Positions 25,400 through 38,309 of a DNA stretch of 64,000 nucleotides are shown one piece after another (the first letter of the stretch is position 1; every line of letters begins with the position of its first letter). The notes beneath the pieces are model-generated. The model ran no database searches. It saw nothing but the letters and a program-made list of their open reading frames with translations, and was not told the DNA's origin. Source of the DNA: Rhina ancylostomus (lineage: Eukaryota); assembly GCA_030265395.1 (NCBI GenBank), contig JARFYF010000112.1, forward strand, positions 65,892,514 to 65,956,513, read 5' to 3'. Made by a program: the position numbers and the translations under genes.

Positions 25400-27195
25400 A
25401 GGAGATGTGAAGAGAAAAGCAGGGCTGGTAAAGAGAGAATGTGAGAAAAGAATGACAATTAACTTAAAAGAGAACCCAAGAACCTTTTTAACAGAATGTA
25501 AAGAGTGAATGGGTATTAAGAGGCAGGGTGGAAACTGTTAAATATAAAGAAAATGAACTGGGTTTTGAGAAAGGCAAAGCTAAAATATTTAATAAGAACT
25601 TTATATTGGCATTTAGCAAGGAGGATGATGCTGATAGAATACTGGTAGATGCAGAGATGGTAAAATTAATGAATGAGGTGAAAGTTGATGGGTAGGAGGC
25701 ACTGGAAAGGTTCCTTAGACTGGATAGACCAGATAGGTCCAGATACTTACATCCCAAGTTGCTAAAGGAAGTGGGGTTGGAGATAATGGAAGGACTTTTC
25801 AGAAAGTTCTAACCTTCACTAGAAAGCTGGAGGTGGCAGAGATTGGAAAATGGAAAACATGAGTATTTCTAGCATTTGGTTTTTATTTCAGATTTCCTAC
25901 ATTTGTAGGTTTTTATTTTCTGATTATGATGCCTTTTTTCAAGGAAGGGTAAAAGGATGTTCCTCGTTTAACATTAGTAATGTGTGATGTTTTAGAAACA
26001 ATAAAGTAAGGAAAAAGTTAACAGGAACCTTGAGATTAGAGTTAACTAAGGAAAGGTAGCACAGATTTGTAAAAAGCAGATTGTGCTTGGCTAATCCATC
26101 TGATATTTTTTGGTGAAGTAACAGGTTGATGAAGGAAATGCCATGGACATTGTTCATATGGATTTTAACAAAGTATCACATAGAAGGCAGGATAACAAAA
26201 TGAAATTGATGGAATAAAAGAATCAATGTCAACTTGGATGAAAGAGCAAAAGAAAACAGTAAATGGTTGATTTTCTATGGTAAAGGATGGTAGACAGTGA
26301 TGCTTCCCAAAGGCCAGTGTAAGGACCACGGCTTATTTTGGATTTTCACAGTTGACTTGGATATTGGAATACAGAGTAAGATTTTAAAGTCTGCCAATGA
26401 ATCCAATATTGGAGGTGTGGCAAACTGTGATGATAGTATCAATCAGGACACAGATGGACTGGCAGAATGGGCAAACATATGCAGATGGAATCTAATAAAA
26501 GAAGTGTGAAGTAATGTGTTTTGACACAAGGGTTGGAAAGAAGCAATATAGGCAATGGCACGATTCTGAAGTTTGTCCAGGATCAGATTTCTACAGTTCA
26601 TTTGCATCTACTATTCCTTTGAAGGTGACAGCAAATTGAGTCTTTAGAAAAGCATGAGACCTTTGGTTTCATAAATATGCTGGATCTCCATGCTCTGGTT
26701 AGGTCACATTTGGAATATTCTGTCTAATTCTAGTCAGTTGAGAAAGAATGTGAAAGTCCGTGAGATAATGCACAGAAAAAATTGCCAGAATATTTTTCGA
26801 GAATGAGGGGTTTAAGCTACAAGGTTGGGTTAAAAAGGCTAGAATTTCTCCTTGGAGCAAAGGGGAGATGTGGTAGGGGTGTACAAGATTATGAGTTAAA
26901 TAAGATAGACAAAGAAAAGTAGTTTCCATTAGCTGATGCTACAATGATGAGGGACATGGACTTCGGGTTCTGAGCAAGCAGTATAGGGAGGATGTGAGCA
27001 AAAAAAATTTATGCAATAAATGCTAATGACCTGGAACCCACTGCCTATGGGAGAGGTAGCAATTGGATAGAGATTTGAGAGAAATAAATTTGCAGTGCTA
27101 TGGGGCTAGGTCATGGGAATTGGACCAACTGGCATGGAAGAGAATTGGCATGGAATTGATAGGGCAGTTAGTTTCCTTCTGTGCCATAATGACAT
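25400..27195 (+). mobile_element. Degraded CR1-type LINE ORF2 plus tail
   Basis: Sequential CR1 landmarks: 'aagagaacccaag' (KENPK), 'catcccaagttgctaaagga' (HP.LLKE), 'gattttaacaaagtatcacatag' (F.KV.H), 'FTVDLDIGIQSKILKSANESNIGG...DGLAEWA' (degenerate FADD region), then the tail. Confidence 0.8.
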
Positions 27196-27430
27196 ATTGC
27201 ATCTGTGCACCTTTTGAATGTGCATCACTCCTTTCCTGTCAGAAATTCTGGCATTTTGTCACCATCCAGAAAGTTTCCAACTATTGATAAGTCCGTGTGT
27301 GCCTGAAGTGATACTTTAATGGGGATGGAAGAACATTGTGCTTAGGAAATGCTGCTCTCATCTTTTCACCATCCAGGCACTTTGCTTCTCTGACCTAGAT
27401 CCCTTGATGGACTTAAGTGTTCCATTCTGG

Positions 27431-27747
27431 TGTCATGGTTCTGAGTTCTGGTCCTCAATTTGGCTCCATTAATGCCTTGTTGTCCAGCACATGGATTCCA
27501 TGCNNNNNNNNNNNNNNNNNNNNNNNNNNNNNNNNNNNNNNNNNNNNNNNNNNNNNNNNNNNNNNNNNNNNNNNNNNNNNNNNNNNNNNNNNNNNNNNNN
27601 NNNTGGGATTCCTCTTCTGATCTCCAAGGCAAGATTCCTTCCAGTTATTGCCTGTGTTTGTCCTGAGGAAGTATCCTGACACTAGTCGTGTATTGGTGTG
27701 CTGCATTTGGGTTCTCTGTGAGTTTGATCTGGATCAACATTGTGACA
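27431..27747. mobile_element. Solo LTR with 5-bp target-site duplication (contains a 100-N gap)
   Basis: Termini TGTCA...TGACA, flanked on both sides by TCTGG (27426-27430 and 27748-27752). A second copy lies at 12755-12959. Confidence 0.85.
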
Positions 27748-30212
27748 TCTGGAGGTTGGTTATCACTCACATAAGGTGTATTGGTCTCAACACATTTGAA
27801 GGATCTACACAAGGCTGAATGGAAAGTTCTGTTTGCCTTGCATATCTGCCATGCAACTTCACTGCTTTTCCTCACCCCCGTCTCCGATGTGTCATATTGC
27901 TTGTCCAACATGCAGACCTGGATGGGAGTAAATTTCCTCTCACCATTAGGATTGTCTTTGGTCCTCATTACACTCTTCTTGAGAGACCCAGCCCCTCTCT
28001 AACATGATCATTGTCTGATTCATGCTGAACAGTCTAATGCAGACTTTAGCATCTTATTTGATTTGGATTACCTTCTAAATTGCCTCAACATCCAATGTCT
28101 CTTCATCTTCCTTAACTCATCTGGTCCTAAAATTTCATCTGTTATCTTTAAATTTAGCTATTCTATAACTCTATCATCAGCCCCATGAGTCCCTAATACA
28201 ATTTGGTGCCAACTTTTGTTTGATAATATTCCTGTACAGTTCACTAATATGAAAATGCAAGATGGATCCCAGTTGTTTTCATCCTGCCAGACTCCCACTG
28301 ACATTACTAAAGGATGCCTGGAGATTTACTGACCTAGTTTCCTTCTATGAAATCTTGATGTCTTCCTTTTTAAAAATATCTAACCAAAATACAATATTCT
28401 AACTGGCAGAAAACATCAAAAGCAACTTTAAGCTATCAATTTAAAAAGACCAGGTGCAGACAGGAAAGGCTTCAAGTAATATTGCACAAAATACATCCTT
28501 AATAAAATCAACAGTTATCTCTGCTGTTGCCCCTAGCACTAATAATGATTCCTCAGCGATTTTTATATGGAATGGCACGAATNNNNNNNNNNTGAGTGGC
28601 ATTATGAATAACAACATTGAAACCTGAGTTATTTTTCAATGAGTTCTCAATCTCTAGATGAGACTCTCTTTGAAAAGACTTCAGAAACTGCTATTCTGCA
28701 CAATACAGTATGATTTATTTCTGTCCACTGCAAAAGGAAATATTAGCACCAAATGATCAGCATTCATTTTGTGTCACATGTTTGAGTTTTGTTTAAATAG
28801 CTGAGATAAGGTGTGCCATGTCTTTTCATATAATTATTAAAAGTTCTGTATAGCAAGCAGCAGCCATTGTGTTCATATTGCAAAAGATGTCAGATCCTGC
28901 AAAATTTAAACCAGTCAAAAAAAGCAAGATTAACCTGAAATCTCCACAGATGCTTCCTGATCTGCAGAATATCTCAGGCATTTTCTGTCTTTCTTTCAAA
29001 AACCACTCATAATTGGAATCGATCTTCATCCACATACCTTTTCACCTGAATGAAGTTACAATCAAGTTACCATGAGTTATAGAAAATGCACAAATATTCT
29101 GCAGTAGATTATCATGTATTAAATTCACTTTTAATGCAGAACTGAATGATACAAATTGCCTCAATAGAAAATAAAATAGATCATATAGCACATCAAATCA
29201 TTTTCATCAGACTATATTCAAATTCGACAATGCATACCATGTACTATTTCATTTACCTTTCCTGTAATCTACTATGATGCATGTGCCAAAAGGTGTGAAA
29301 GTGTGCAGGTTAATGGAACCCATCAAGTGTAGCCATCATAGTTAATCCAAGGAACTGCTGTGACACAGCATTATCACACATATGAAATAAATAATGTACA
29401 AGATCAGTATTACTGGACATGTTGTCATTTACATTTGCAAGTATTGACATCCATGTTGCCCTGAAGGCCTTCTTTTGATTTATAATGTTTATTGAAGCAC
29501 TTACTTCTGCCAATTATACACGATTGGGATGAACCAGCTTTGTCATCAGTAAATGTTTTCCTGCTTACATGATAATTTTGAATTTTTACAATAATATTTC
29601 ATGTTTTCTTTGAATGTCTTAAAGTTCTATGTTCAAAAGAATTGTGATGGTAAACTGATGACTGCTGTGCTTAACTGATCAGAAAATCAAATTTACTCTG
29701 TCACATGCTGAATTTTATATGGCTGAGGTATCTTCTGTTTTTGTGTAATAGCATTTTTAATTAGTTGCCTTAAGCATAATTAAACACCATTAGTGCAATC
29801 ACATAGTTAACATTTTTGTTTGCCCGCAAGATATAGTTATCCTTAATATCATAGATGCAATATGCAACGAAGTTTAAAATTTCTTCATGTAGGCCAGAAG
29901 ACAACAGCATATATATTGCTTTTAAGTATAAATAATATAAGCTCAAAAATGCAATATTTATTTGGTTAGACGTGATTGCCTACCTAGATGCCAGGAAGCA
30001 ATGGAAATAGCTGATCCAGACCATAAAAATCAACAGCTCAAAAATAGCACTAAGCGGAAGTCTTGTGATACACAAAGATAAAGATATTGAAAGATCAGTT
30101 TGAAACAAGACCACCATAATTTGAGTTTAGAAACATTTTTTAACCTAAAAAAAGTTTAACTTAATGCAGATCACTTTTTCATCCATTTCTGGACTTCACA
30201 AAGTTCAACCCG

Positions 30213-31265
30213 TCAAAGTCGAGTTTATTGTTATATGCACAAGTACATGTATGCGCAGGAGCATTGAAAAGCTTACTTGCAGCAGCATCAAAGGCACATA
30301 GCATCATACACATAGCATTCACAACAAAAACATAAATTATACACTATTTTTACTAGAAAGAACACAATTAGAACAAAACAAAAATATAGTCCATTTTAGT
30401 GCAAAGTGGTCATAGTGTTGCTAAACTGTAGTGGTTAGGATTTTGCTGGTTGGTTCAAGAACTGAATGATTGAAGGGAAGTAGCTGTTCTTGAACCTGGT
30501 GGTGTGGGACTGCAGGCTTCTTCTCGATGGCACCTCCTGCTCGACGGTAGCTGTGAGAAGATGGCATGGGCTGGAAGGTGGGGATCTTTGATAATGGACG
30601 TTGCTTTCTGGAGGCAGTGCCTTCTGTAGATACTACCAATGGTGGGAGGGATGTGCCTGCGATGTATTGGGCAGAGTCCACTACTCTCTGCAGCTTCTTA
30701 CAATTACATACCAGACCATGATGCAACTAGTCAGGATACTTTCAACAGTACATATGAAGAAGTTTCTTAGAGTGTTTGGTGCCAAGCCAAACCTCCTGAG
30801 GAAGTAAAGCTGCTGGCATGCTTTCCTTATGATTGCATCTATGTACTGGGCCCAAGTTATCCGATATGTTAATGCCCAGTAATTTAAAGCTGCTGACTCT
30901 CTCCAGTGCGGACCCCCAATATAGACTGGGTATGTTCACCCTTCTTCCCTTTCCTGAAGTCAACAATCAGCTCTTTAGTTTTGCTGATGTTGAGTGAGAG
31001 ATTGTTGTTGAGGCACCACTCAACCAGATGTCCTATCTCTCTCCGGTAACCTGACTCATCACCATCTGCAATTTGTCCAACAACAGTAGTGTTATTGGCA
31101 AATTTGAAGAAGACATTGGAGCAATACTTAGCCACACGGTCATGTGTTTGTAGAGAGTAGGGCAGGGGGCTAAGTACACAGCCTTGAGGTGCATCTGTGT
31201 TAATGATCAGCGAGGAGGAGATGTTGTTACCAATCCTCACTGATTGGTGTCTACCGATGAGGAAG
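30213..31265 (-). mobile_element. Rex1/Babar-type non-LTR retrotransposon, 5'-truncated (RT C-terminal half plus 3' UTR)
   Basis: ORF 30884-31327 'FLIGRHQSVRIGNNISSSLIINTDAPQGCVLSPL.YSL.THD...FKFANNTTVVG...YRREI..LVEWC..NNLSLNISKTKELIVDFRK'. Continues in shifted frames as 'ERVSSFKLLGINIS' and 'KKLQRVVDSAQYI'. The tail carries AATAAA. Confidence 0.85.
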
Positions 31266-32239
31266 TAAGCCCATGACTTTATAGCAGCTTTCTTGTTACC
31301 ATGCAAAGACTTATTTGAATAGTACAATGCACAAAATTAATCCTCGCCATGACTTTCAACATTATTGGTCTGAAAAATAACAGTTCACATTTACTCACTT
31401 TACAACCAACTTATTGTAACCCTGTTTCCCCTACTTAAAGGGCTAACACAGAAACTGCATTCTTTGTTCATATTGTGATCTATGAGCTCTTGCAGCCTCA
31501 AATACAAACTCACAAATGTGCACAAGCTTCTTTGCCTGTGGAGAACAAAACCACTGTCAATCTCAACTTCCAAGTTTTAGGATTGCTCCAGATCACTGTC
31601 ACTAATCTCTGCCTAATCTTCAAGTTTGCAGCTCACTTACTGTATTGGGGGATCTCCAAGCTCAATACTCAGGGAGAGAAGATTTCATCCAGGTGCAGCA
31701 ACAGAATTTGCTGACATTGCAGGCTTTGTTAAAATGTAAGCATAGACTTTATTCCTCACAAGGACCTGCCAACCTGTCAGGAAGCCCTAGAGAGTCCAGG
31801 AGGCTCATTACACAAAGAACATGCCTCCTGTGGATGCAATTGTTTATCAGCCTATTTAAGTCCATGCCACCTCTGGGAAATTCTTGCATCCATTGCAGAA
31901 TTAATCCCCAGTAGTTCCATAATTACTGCTTGTATTCTGAGTCATCCCTTTAATAGCTTTTTGTTGAGTTTGCAGCAACTAGATGAACTGGCTACAAGAA
32001 TAACTTGTATTAAATCAAAACAATACCAGGCACTAAAATTCACACAATGCGGCATCATATGGAAAAACCCAACAACCCTCTACTGGGAAACTCACAAATG
32101 AGGATCGCAATGTTTCTGGAACTTTAAAGTGTGTTAAGGTAAGAGTCAATATTGTTTTAATGCTAGTAGAATGTCTATGCCAGTGAATTCTATTGAACTT
32201 CAAAAAGTAAAATTAGAATAATCGACATAAGTTTACGTG

Positions 32240-32690
32240 TAGATTCAAAAAGCAATTAGGAAGTGAACAGTCTGTTGGCTTGTAATTGCAACAGGATTAC
32301 TACAATTATGTAGAGCCCTGGTGAGACTGTATTTGGGATACAATATACAGGCCTGATCTCTAAAGGAGGATATACCTTTGATAGAGGGGTGTGGTGTACT
32401 CACCAGGTTAATCCTGGAAATAACAGGTATGTTGTATGAGAGATTTAGCAGATGGAGTCTATATTCTTGAGAGTTTAAGAAGAATGAGTTGATCTCATTG
32501 AAAATGAGCTTGACGAGGTAGATATGAAGTTGATATTTCCACCGACTGGACTGTCCTGAAACAAGAGTGTCAGTCCCAAAATAAGAGATCAGCCATTCAG
32601 AGCAAAACTAAGAAATGTTGTCACCCAGAGACCGGTGAACCTTTGGAATACTCCATCCAAGAGGGCTGTGACTGCAAAGACTGAAATCAA
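32240..32690 (+). mobile_element. CR1-type LINE fragment
   Basis: 'gccctggtgagactgtatttgg' (ALVR..L), 'gatctcattgaaa', 'cacccagagaccggtgaacctttggaat'. Confidence 0.7.
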
Positions 32691-33229
32691 TATTTATTGT
32701 ATGTTGCATTTTTAAAGAAAACATAATTAAAATTGTGATTTAGTTGAATAATATTTTGGACACTTCATGGTTATTCATGTTACATCTTGTATTTCCCCAA
32801 AGCATTTTGACTTCTCTGAAATGAATGGTGCAAGATTTTTTTCCAGCTACTCCACCAGGAGACCTTCAAATGTTTGTAATAAATAATTAGCAAAGTTACA
32901 GAACGTATCCAAGCGTTGTGACTCAACAAATATTGCAAGATGATTTTCTGTCCTTATGAGTCTTAACAATAGCCTTCAGTCAGGCATACTCTAAAATTCT
33001 TCCGAGGAAAACTATTTTAACAGCCTTTACGGGCTAATTTGTTATATGCGATTTCGTTGACGGCAGGATAAATCGAATCTCAGAATTTCGGACTCTCGCC
33101 TTTAATTATTACCATCAAGTGAAGAAAGTAAGATCTGGTTGACAAGTTGTGGAGCTTTCCCCACCCTTCAGCTGATTGATTACACTTGACACCTACAACT
33201 AAGGGTTCTTGGAAAACACTGACATGTTA

Positions 33230-33665
33230 TTTGATTCTGTCGTTCGCTTTCAAGAGTTCGCGGCTGATGCGCGGTCACATTTTGTTCAGGTCAATCCGAT
33301 CGTTGCAATTTTCTAAATAGACTCTGCATTTTAAACAGTGACTAACCGCCAATCGAACTACTCCTTTACTCACTAATCATTTTGTTATGAAAGAGACGCA
33401 GTTTCAGAAAATGACAGCTTCAAGTGGAATACCGCTTAGCTACGCGGGGACACGCCGGGCAAGGCTCCGGCTAATGCACATGACAACAGAGGAGCGAACC
33501 CGGCGCGGCTTCTGTGCACTCTGGGACTTGGAGTCCGTCCAATTGCTGACCCAGGACCGAATGGGTACGGGGCGTCCCTGGAAAACTACTCTTCCCGATA
33601 ACCTTTGCGCTACAGCCGGGTTGCCGCCTGCCTTTCACGTGACGCGGTAACCCCCCCCCCCCCCC
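33230..33665 (+). promoter_or_regulatory. CpG-rich promoter / CpG-island edge, probably of the SIAH2-like gene
   Basis: The only strongly CpG-dense stretch in an otherwise CpG-depleted window. It contains CCAAT-like elements and the palindrome TCACGTGA at 33635-33642, and runs into a poly-C tract and a 783-N gap. Confidence 0.7.
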
Positions 33666-34448
33666 NNNNNNNNNNNNNNNNNNNNNNNNNNNNNNNNNNN
33701 NNNNNNNNNNNNNNNNNNNNNNNNNNNNNNNNNNNNNNNNNNNNNNNNNNNNNNNNNNNNNNNNNNNNNNNNNNNNNNNNNNNNNNNNNNNNNNNNNNNN
33801 NNNNNNNNNNNNNNNNNNNNNNNNNNNNNNNNNNNNNNNNNNNNNNNNNNNNNNNNNNNNNNNNNNNNNNNNNNNNNNNNNNNNNNNNNNNNNNNNNNNN
33901 NNNNNNNNNNNNNNNNNNNNNNNNNNNNNNNNNNNNNNNNNNNNNNNNNNNNNNNNNNNNNNNNNNNNNNNNNNNNNNNNNNNNNNNNNNNNNNNNNNNN
34001 NNNNNNNNNNNNNNNNNNNNNNNNNNNNNNNNNNNNNNNNNNNNNNNNNNNNNNNNNNNNNNNNNNNNNNNNNNNNNNNNNNNNNNNNNNNNNNNNNNNN
34101 NNNNNNNNNNNNNNNNNNNNNNNNNNNNNNNNNNNNNNNNNNNNNNNNNNNNNNNNNNNNNNNNNNNNNNNNNNNNNNNNNNNNNNNNNNNNNNNNNNNN
34201 NNNNNNNNNNNNNNNNNNNNNNNNNNNNNNNNNNNNNNNNNNNNNNNNNNNNNNNNNNNNNNNNNNNNNNNNNNNNNNNNNNNNNNNNNNNNNNNNNNNN
34301 NNNNNNNNNNNNNNNNNNNNNNNNNNNNNNNNNNNNNNNNNNNNNNNNNNNNNNNNNNNNNNNNNNNNNNNNNNNNNNNNNNNNNNNNNNNNNNNNNNNN
34401 NNNNNNNNNNNNNNNNNNNNNNNNNNNNNNNNNNNNNNNNNNNNNNNN
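33666..34448 (+). other. Assembly gap inferred to contain SIAH2-like exon 1 (N-terminus, RING finger, start of the first zinc finger)
   Basis: Inference. SIAH2 genes have two coding exons split at ...PCK|YA.... Exon 2 is at 61444, I saw no RING-encoding sequence elsewhere in the window, and this gap abuts the CpG island. Confidence 0.6.
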
Positions 34449-37367
34449 CATTTAATATAAATCAGCATCAAGATCAGCACAATGTCGTGGGCCGAATGAC
34501 CTGTCCAGTGCTGTACTAGAAAACAGGCCATTCGGCCCTCCTAGTCTGTACTGTTCTGGTTTTTTTTAGAGGTAGTCTAGCTAAACCTAAACCGTACAGG
34601 CATGTTTCCCGATCCTCGACTTCGGCAGAGAAATAATACGTGTTAAATATCTCCAAGTTAGCTGCGAATGTATCTTGCAGATGTAGTTTATTAAGTCCAT
34701 GGTATCATGCGGTGTTACCATATTTCGTGGTGAGTATAACTGTCAAAGAGATCTGCTGAAGGGTTAAGATTTGGGCGATCTCAGATTGAATTTTATTTTA
34801 ACTGTATGGAAATTTTCCATTAAAACTGTAGAAATGTATAGTCTACCATTTGTATGCCATCAGATACAGTGAGTACATCTGACTATCATTTGTTCTGAGA
34901 TTATATGATATGGAGTTTAACATGTATGTGTGACATGATCTGATATTTTTGGGTGCATATCTTGGTTTGATAGTATGGCATTTTATATTTGTTGTTATCT
35001 GTTAGAGATCTCTTGCCTCTGTTGTGATCTTGGATTGGTGGTTGCAATGGATCTGAGCCCTTTATATAGCACATAGCAACACCATTTCTATATTTTTTTT
35101 GTTCAATGTTGCCCCATGGATCCTTTTCTGAGCTAGAAAGTNNNNNNNAAAGTTTACTGACCACGTGGTTCTGGATGGGTGGGGGGGGGGGGGAGAGGGA
35201 GAGAGTAGTTGTGCAAGAGTATGTATTATAAGCCTAATAGGGGAGGCTGGGTTGAAGAGTTAGAGTGGTGATTGAGGTTGTTTGAGTAAGGTTAATATCT
35301 TGTGTTGCAATGAACGCTGTTTCCATGGATGAGAGCCAGGACCATTAGCAGTACAGAGAATATAGACCAACAATACAGTGTGAAGAATCACTAAAGAGCA
35401 ACGTGCATTGTTCATCCATTCATACACTGCCATCATCTTCTCCTTTAATGGATAACCTGAGGGTGTACTTGAGCTGTAAATAGTAAGAAACAGCCGTGGC
35501 TAAATTGAGAAATAGTAGGTGAGCGAGGTGAAATTAGAGTCTGGAATGAAAGTTGTGTACTTTGATAATAGTGGTGGAAGGTAAGAATACTTTGGCTGTG
35601 TTCCAATGGAATCTTTTGTCGTTTTAAAGAAAAATGGGAGAGAAATTGTTCAGTAATCAACAGTGAATACATTAGTAATGAAACAGAAGTGAAGGATATG
35701 CAGTAGCTTAGGGAAATCTTAGAAAAGCTGGGTAATTACTAAATGTCTGATATAAAAATAAAAGGGCAGTACATTCTGAATATATCCCAAATTTCTGCTT
35801 GGCTCACTGTTATTCAATTTCAGTGGAATGGATTGCATGATTTTTATTTCCTTCAGGAAATTAGATGGTGTAAATAATTGATGAGTAGGAGGAAAAACTA
35901 AGAAGACTAGAACATTTGCATTCAATAAAAGAAGAAAGGCCATTCAATAAAAGATGGTGCAAGTTGACCTGAAAAAGTTTGTCAACAGGGTGTTCAATCA
36001 GTAGTGAAATGTATGGAGAACAAAATAAATGCAGTACTCTTGTATTACAAAATTGAGAGACCTTGGATGAATGGAGGTATTAAAGCTATTTTAAATTAAG
36101 GTAAATAGCAATGAACACCATGAAAAATATTCAAAATGCATGTACAACTGTTTTTATATAAAGTTACTGGCAGATCTTACTGGTTAAGTCAGCAGGCACA
36201 AATGGCAAATGCCCTGTTGAAAGCAGCTAGGAGTAATTAAAGGGCCCTTTCTGCAATTTTTCAGATGTTTTTGTAAGCTTTGTAGATTTTGTGCTTGCTT
36301 CACTTGTTGAATTGGTAATTAAGTAACTTGTTTGTTTCAGTAGTGAGCAAAGTCTTGGCCTCCGTGGTTTAAGATGTATAAAACAAAATAAACATGTAGA
36401 AATGCATAACTAGCATGGATTTACTAATGAAAAGTCAAGCTGGTATTTTTGTTGGAAAAAGTTAACTAATGAGAAAGGAGGCATAGGTATCAATGGAGCG
36501 ACTGCATTGAAGAATGATTGGGATGCTAACATTGGAGAAGCGCAGGTATCAGGAAGTTGTGAGAAAAGGGGATGAATGCAGAGTTTTGAAGGGACACGAT
36601 CATGAAGTAATTTGAAAGTGTGGATGAGAATTTTAAAATAAGAGCTGCAATATACATGCTCAAATTGAGGTTCAAGACTAAGATGAAAGAATTATAATTG
36701 TTAAGGTTGAAAGTACTGTAGAAACAAAATTCTGTTTCTACTTAATTCATGCTTTAAAAAGAATGGGAATGCAGATCTGTCTGAGGAGTTTTGGAATCGT
36801 AGTTATTCGTAACTATAGAAATGAAACTGCTGGGTCTTTATGAAAGCTGAGAGACATTTTCAATCATCTTGAGATGTGCATAGTTGGCCATGGGAAAGGA
36901 AAATAGTCCATGGAATCCCTTTAAGTTGGTAGGCTAGCTTATTCATTTGTGAACATCTAGCATCCATAGTTCAAGAAATAATTTTGTGGCCATTGACAAA
37001 TCCAGTTGGTTTTGAATTTCTAAATGGGAAGTAGAGTTTGAAGTACTATTATTGCTGAAAGTAGCCTGATGAAAAAGAAATTAGTGGATATGGATTTTCG
37101 GAAGGCATTCTGTAAGATGCTTTGCCAAGGTTTAAAAGGAAAAAAAAATCAGATCAATTGTGTCAGAGGAAATGTTGCAGTATGAATGGACAGTGTTGAA
37201 TTACAAATCTAGTATCGGCAATGGAAGCCCTGACAGTACTGGATTGTTTTTAAAAATTTGTTTGGATCTCTATTACCTTTCAGGAAAGGTTGTTGTCTTA
37301 ACCCAATCTGGCCAATGTATGAATCCAGAGCCAAAACAACAAGGTTGGCACTTGGCTGTCTTTTAAT

Positions 37368-37430
37368 TGCGGGCATTTGGGATGGGTAATAGATACTCCC
37401 CTTGCCAGTGACACACACATCCCATATATA
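37368..37430 (+). mobile_element. Tail of the old LINE/SINE family
   Basis: 'gggcatttgggatgggtaatagatactccccttgccagtgacacacacatcccat' is the reverse complement of the tail at ~12085-12125. Confidence 0.55.
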
Positions 37431-38309
37431 CTTTTTTTAAACAAGATTGTTCTTAGAGATTGTTAATTAGGTGTTGCTTAGAATGGTTGGGAATGTCTGT
37501 AGTTACTATTTGTACTTGGTTTGGGGAACTTATTTTGGAAAATGTTGAGGAAGATAAGTGGGTTAGCATGGTGGTTGCATCATGTGCACAAGTGTGAAGT
37601 AATGTATTTCTCAAAGAACAAGAAATGGGAGAATATATTCTGAAGATACTAAAAGATGTGATTGATGCAGACATGGCTTTTAATTCTTTGAAATGCAAAT
37701 GCACATAGGTAAAATGGCTTTCAAAATAAAACACCATTTATATTTAATGCTCAACCACGTGAATTGGGCTCAAATGGGCATCAAGGACATTGAGGATATG
37801 AAGTGGCTATTAAATAATTCTCACTGCGTGGGAGAGTGCTTTCAATGCTTTTCTCTAGGTAGGGGTTTAAATGAGGATAGATTGTCCCAGAAAATGGTTA
37901 CAGTAAAGACTATTATAAAATTTAAGGGGGACAAATGGATACTTTGTTTGAAACTGAAGGGTGGAGAACCTGTTGGGAGGATTAGTTTTGGATTCTTCAG
38001 TCAAGGATATGCAGTAAACTTCATTGGTTTCTCTATCATTTATCCTCCACTGACTTTTAACCATCTCACAACACTAACCTTACTGTAGCCATGTCCTTTT
38101 TCTGCATGCTTGATTTCTTCAGCACTGAAGACAACCTGTCCTACCTTGTTCTGTTTTTAGTTTTGACTTTGGTTTCTTCTGCATTCAGGCCTAGCTGATT
38201 CAGTAAGATCCTATTAGTGTTTTTTTTCAAGTTGTTTGTCTTCTATCCTGGTGCAGTGCTTCTTCCTTCATCCAGAACTCCCAAGCTATGCAGTAGTGTC
38301 ATGGAATTA

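Noticed and set aside
33387-34531. Long ORFs of 298-326 aa
   Set aside because: Artefacts of translating through N runs, as are the ORFs at 22651-23020, 27366-27706, 59095-59414 and 62952-63305.
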